Source: Bacteroidaceae bacterium (GTDB lineage Bacteria > Bacteroidota > Bacteroidia > Bacteroidales > Bacteroidaceae). Taken from it: a stretch of DNA of 50,887 bases. The notes under the pieces were generated by a model. It searched no databases and had not been told where the DNA came from. It saw only the letters and a program-made list of their open reading frames with translations. Location: positions 1 through 50,887 of the forward strand of contig JAZQPD010000067.1 in the NCBI GenBank assembly GCA_045628285.1, written 5' to 3'. Numbering within the stretch: the stretch's first letter is position 1; the number at the start of each line of letters is the position of its first letter. Made by a program: the position numbers and the translations under genes. Of this stretch, positions 50,846-50,887 are shown piece by piece.

Positions 50846-50887
50846 CAAAGGATACAGAAATTATAGCAAGCATTATGCAACAATATC

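Noticed and set aside
50875-50887. Start of a plus-strand gene (ATG 50875, MQQY..) after a good -7 box
   Set aside because: Only 4 codons lie within the window, so it is reported only through the promoter feature.
1-50887. Search for tRNA, rRNA, transposase, integrase or cas genes
   Set aside because: I saw no T-loop/acceptor-like tRNA patterns, no rRNA-like segments, and no ORFs with DDE transposase, tyrosine/serine recombinase or Cas signatures when reading the six-frame track. This absence is by eye only.

Overview
This 50.9-kb chromosomal window looks like a Bacteroidales (Prevotella-like) genome. The evidence is a SusC/SusD pair, T9SS C-terminal sorting domains, lipoprotein signals, and TAnnTTTG -7 promoter boxes 25-50 nt upstream of most first genes. 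From left to right it contains: (1) a minus-strand housekeeping operon (PASTA protein, rluD, ddl, PlsC-type acyltransferase, NigD-like lipoprotein), interrupted by a GxxExxY nuclease-family gene that is bracketed by inverted arrays of an 11-nt repeat; (2) a SusC/SusD locus whose partners are a lipoprotein, a T9SS-sorted C10 cysteine protease and a large LamG-type T9SS cargo, with no glycoside hydrolase and an AAA-ATPase/PDDEXK gene wedged between the two cargos; (3) a DUF4143 ATPase, a split chromate-transporter pair, and kduI-kduD-DUF4861; (4) tdk, a short polA with no recognisable 3'-5' exonuclease motifs, and DUF3237; (5) a Cache-PP2C-RsbW-like fusion protein plus a STAS partner; (6) a C5 DNA methyltransferase coupled to a restriction endonuclease gene broken by one in-frame TAA; (7) the standout feature, a single 10.4-kb ORF encoding a trimodular NRPS (C-A-T-C-A-T-C-A-T-R) with no accessory genes; (8) a GH2 glycosidase; (9) an AT-rich pair of membrane-anchored proteins of unknown function. 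I recognised no rRNA, tRNA, CRISPR, transposase or integrase. Several intergenic regions contain short-period (7-nt and 11-nt) stop-codon-rich tandem arrays and a dispersed ~34-nt repeat that ordinary annotation does not explain. All calls come from reading the translations and DNA by eye. No database search or computation was run.
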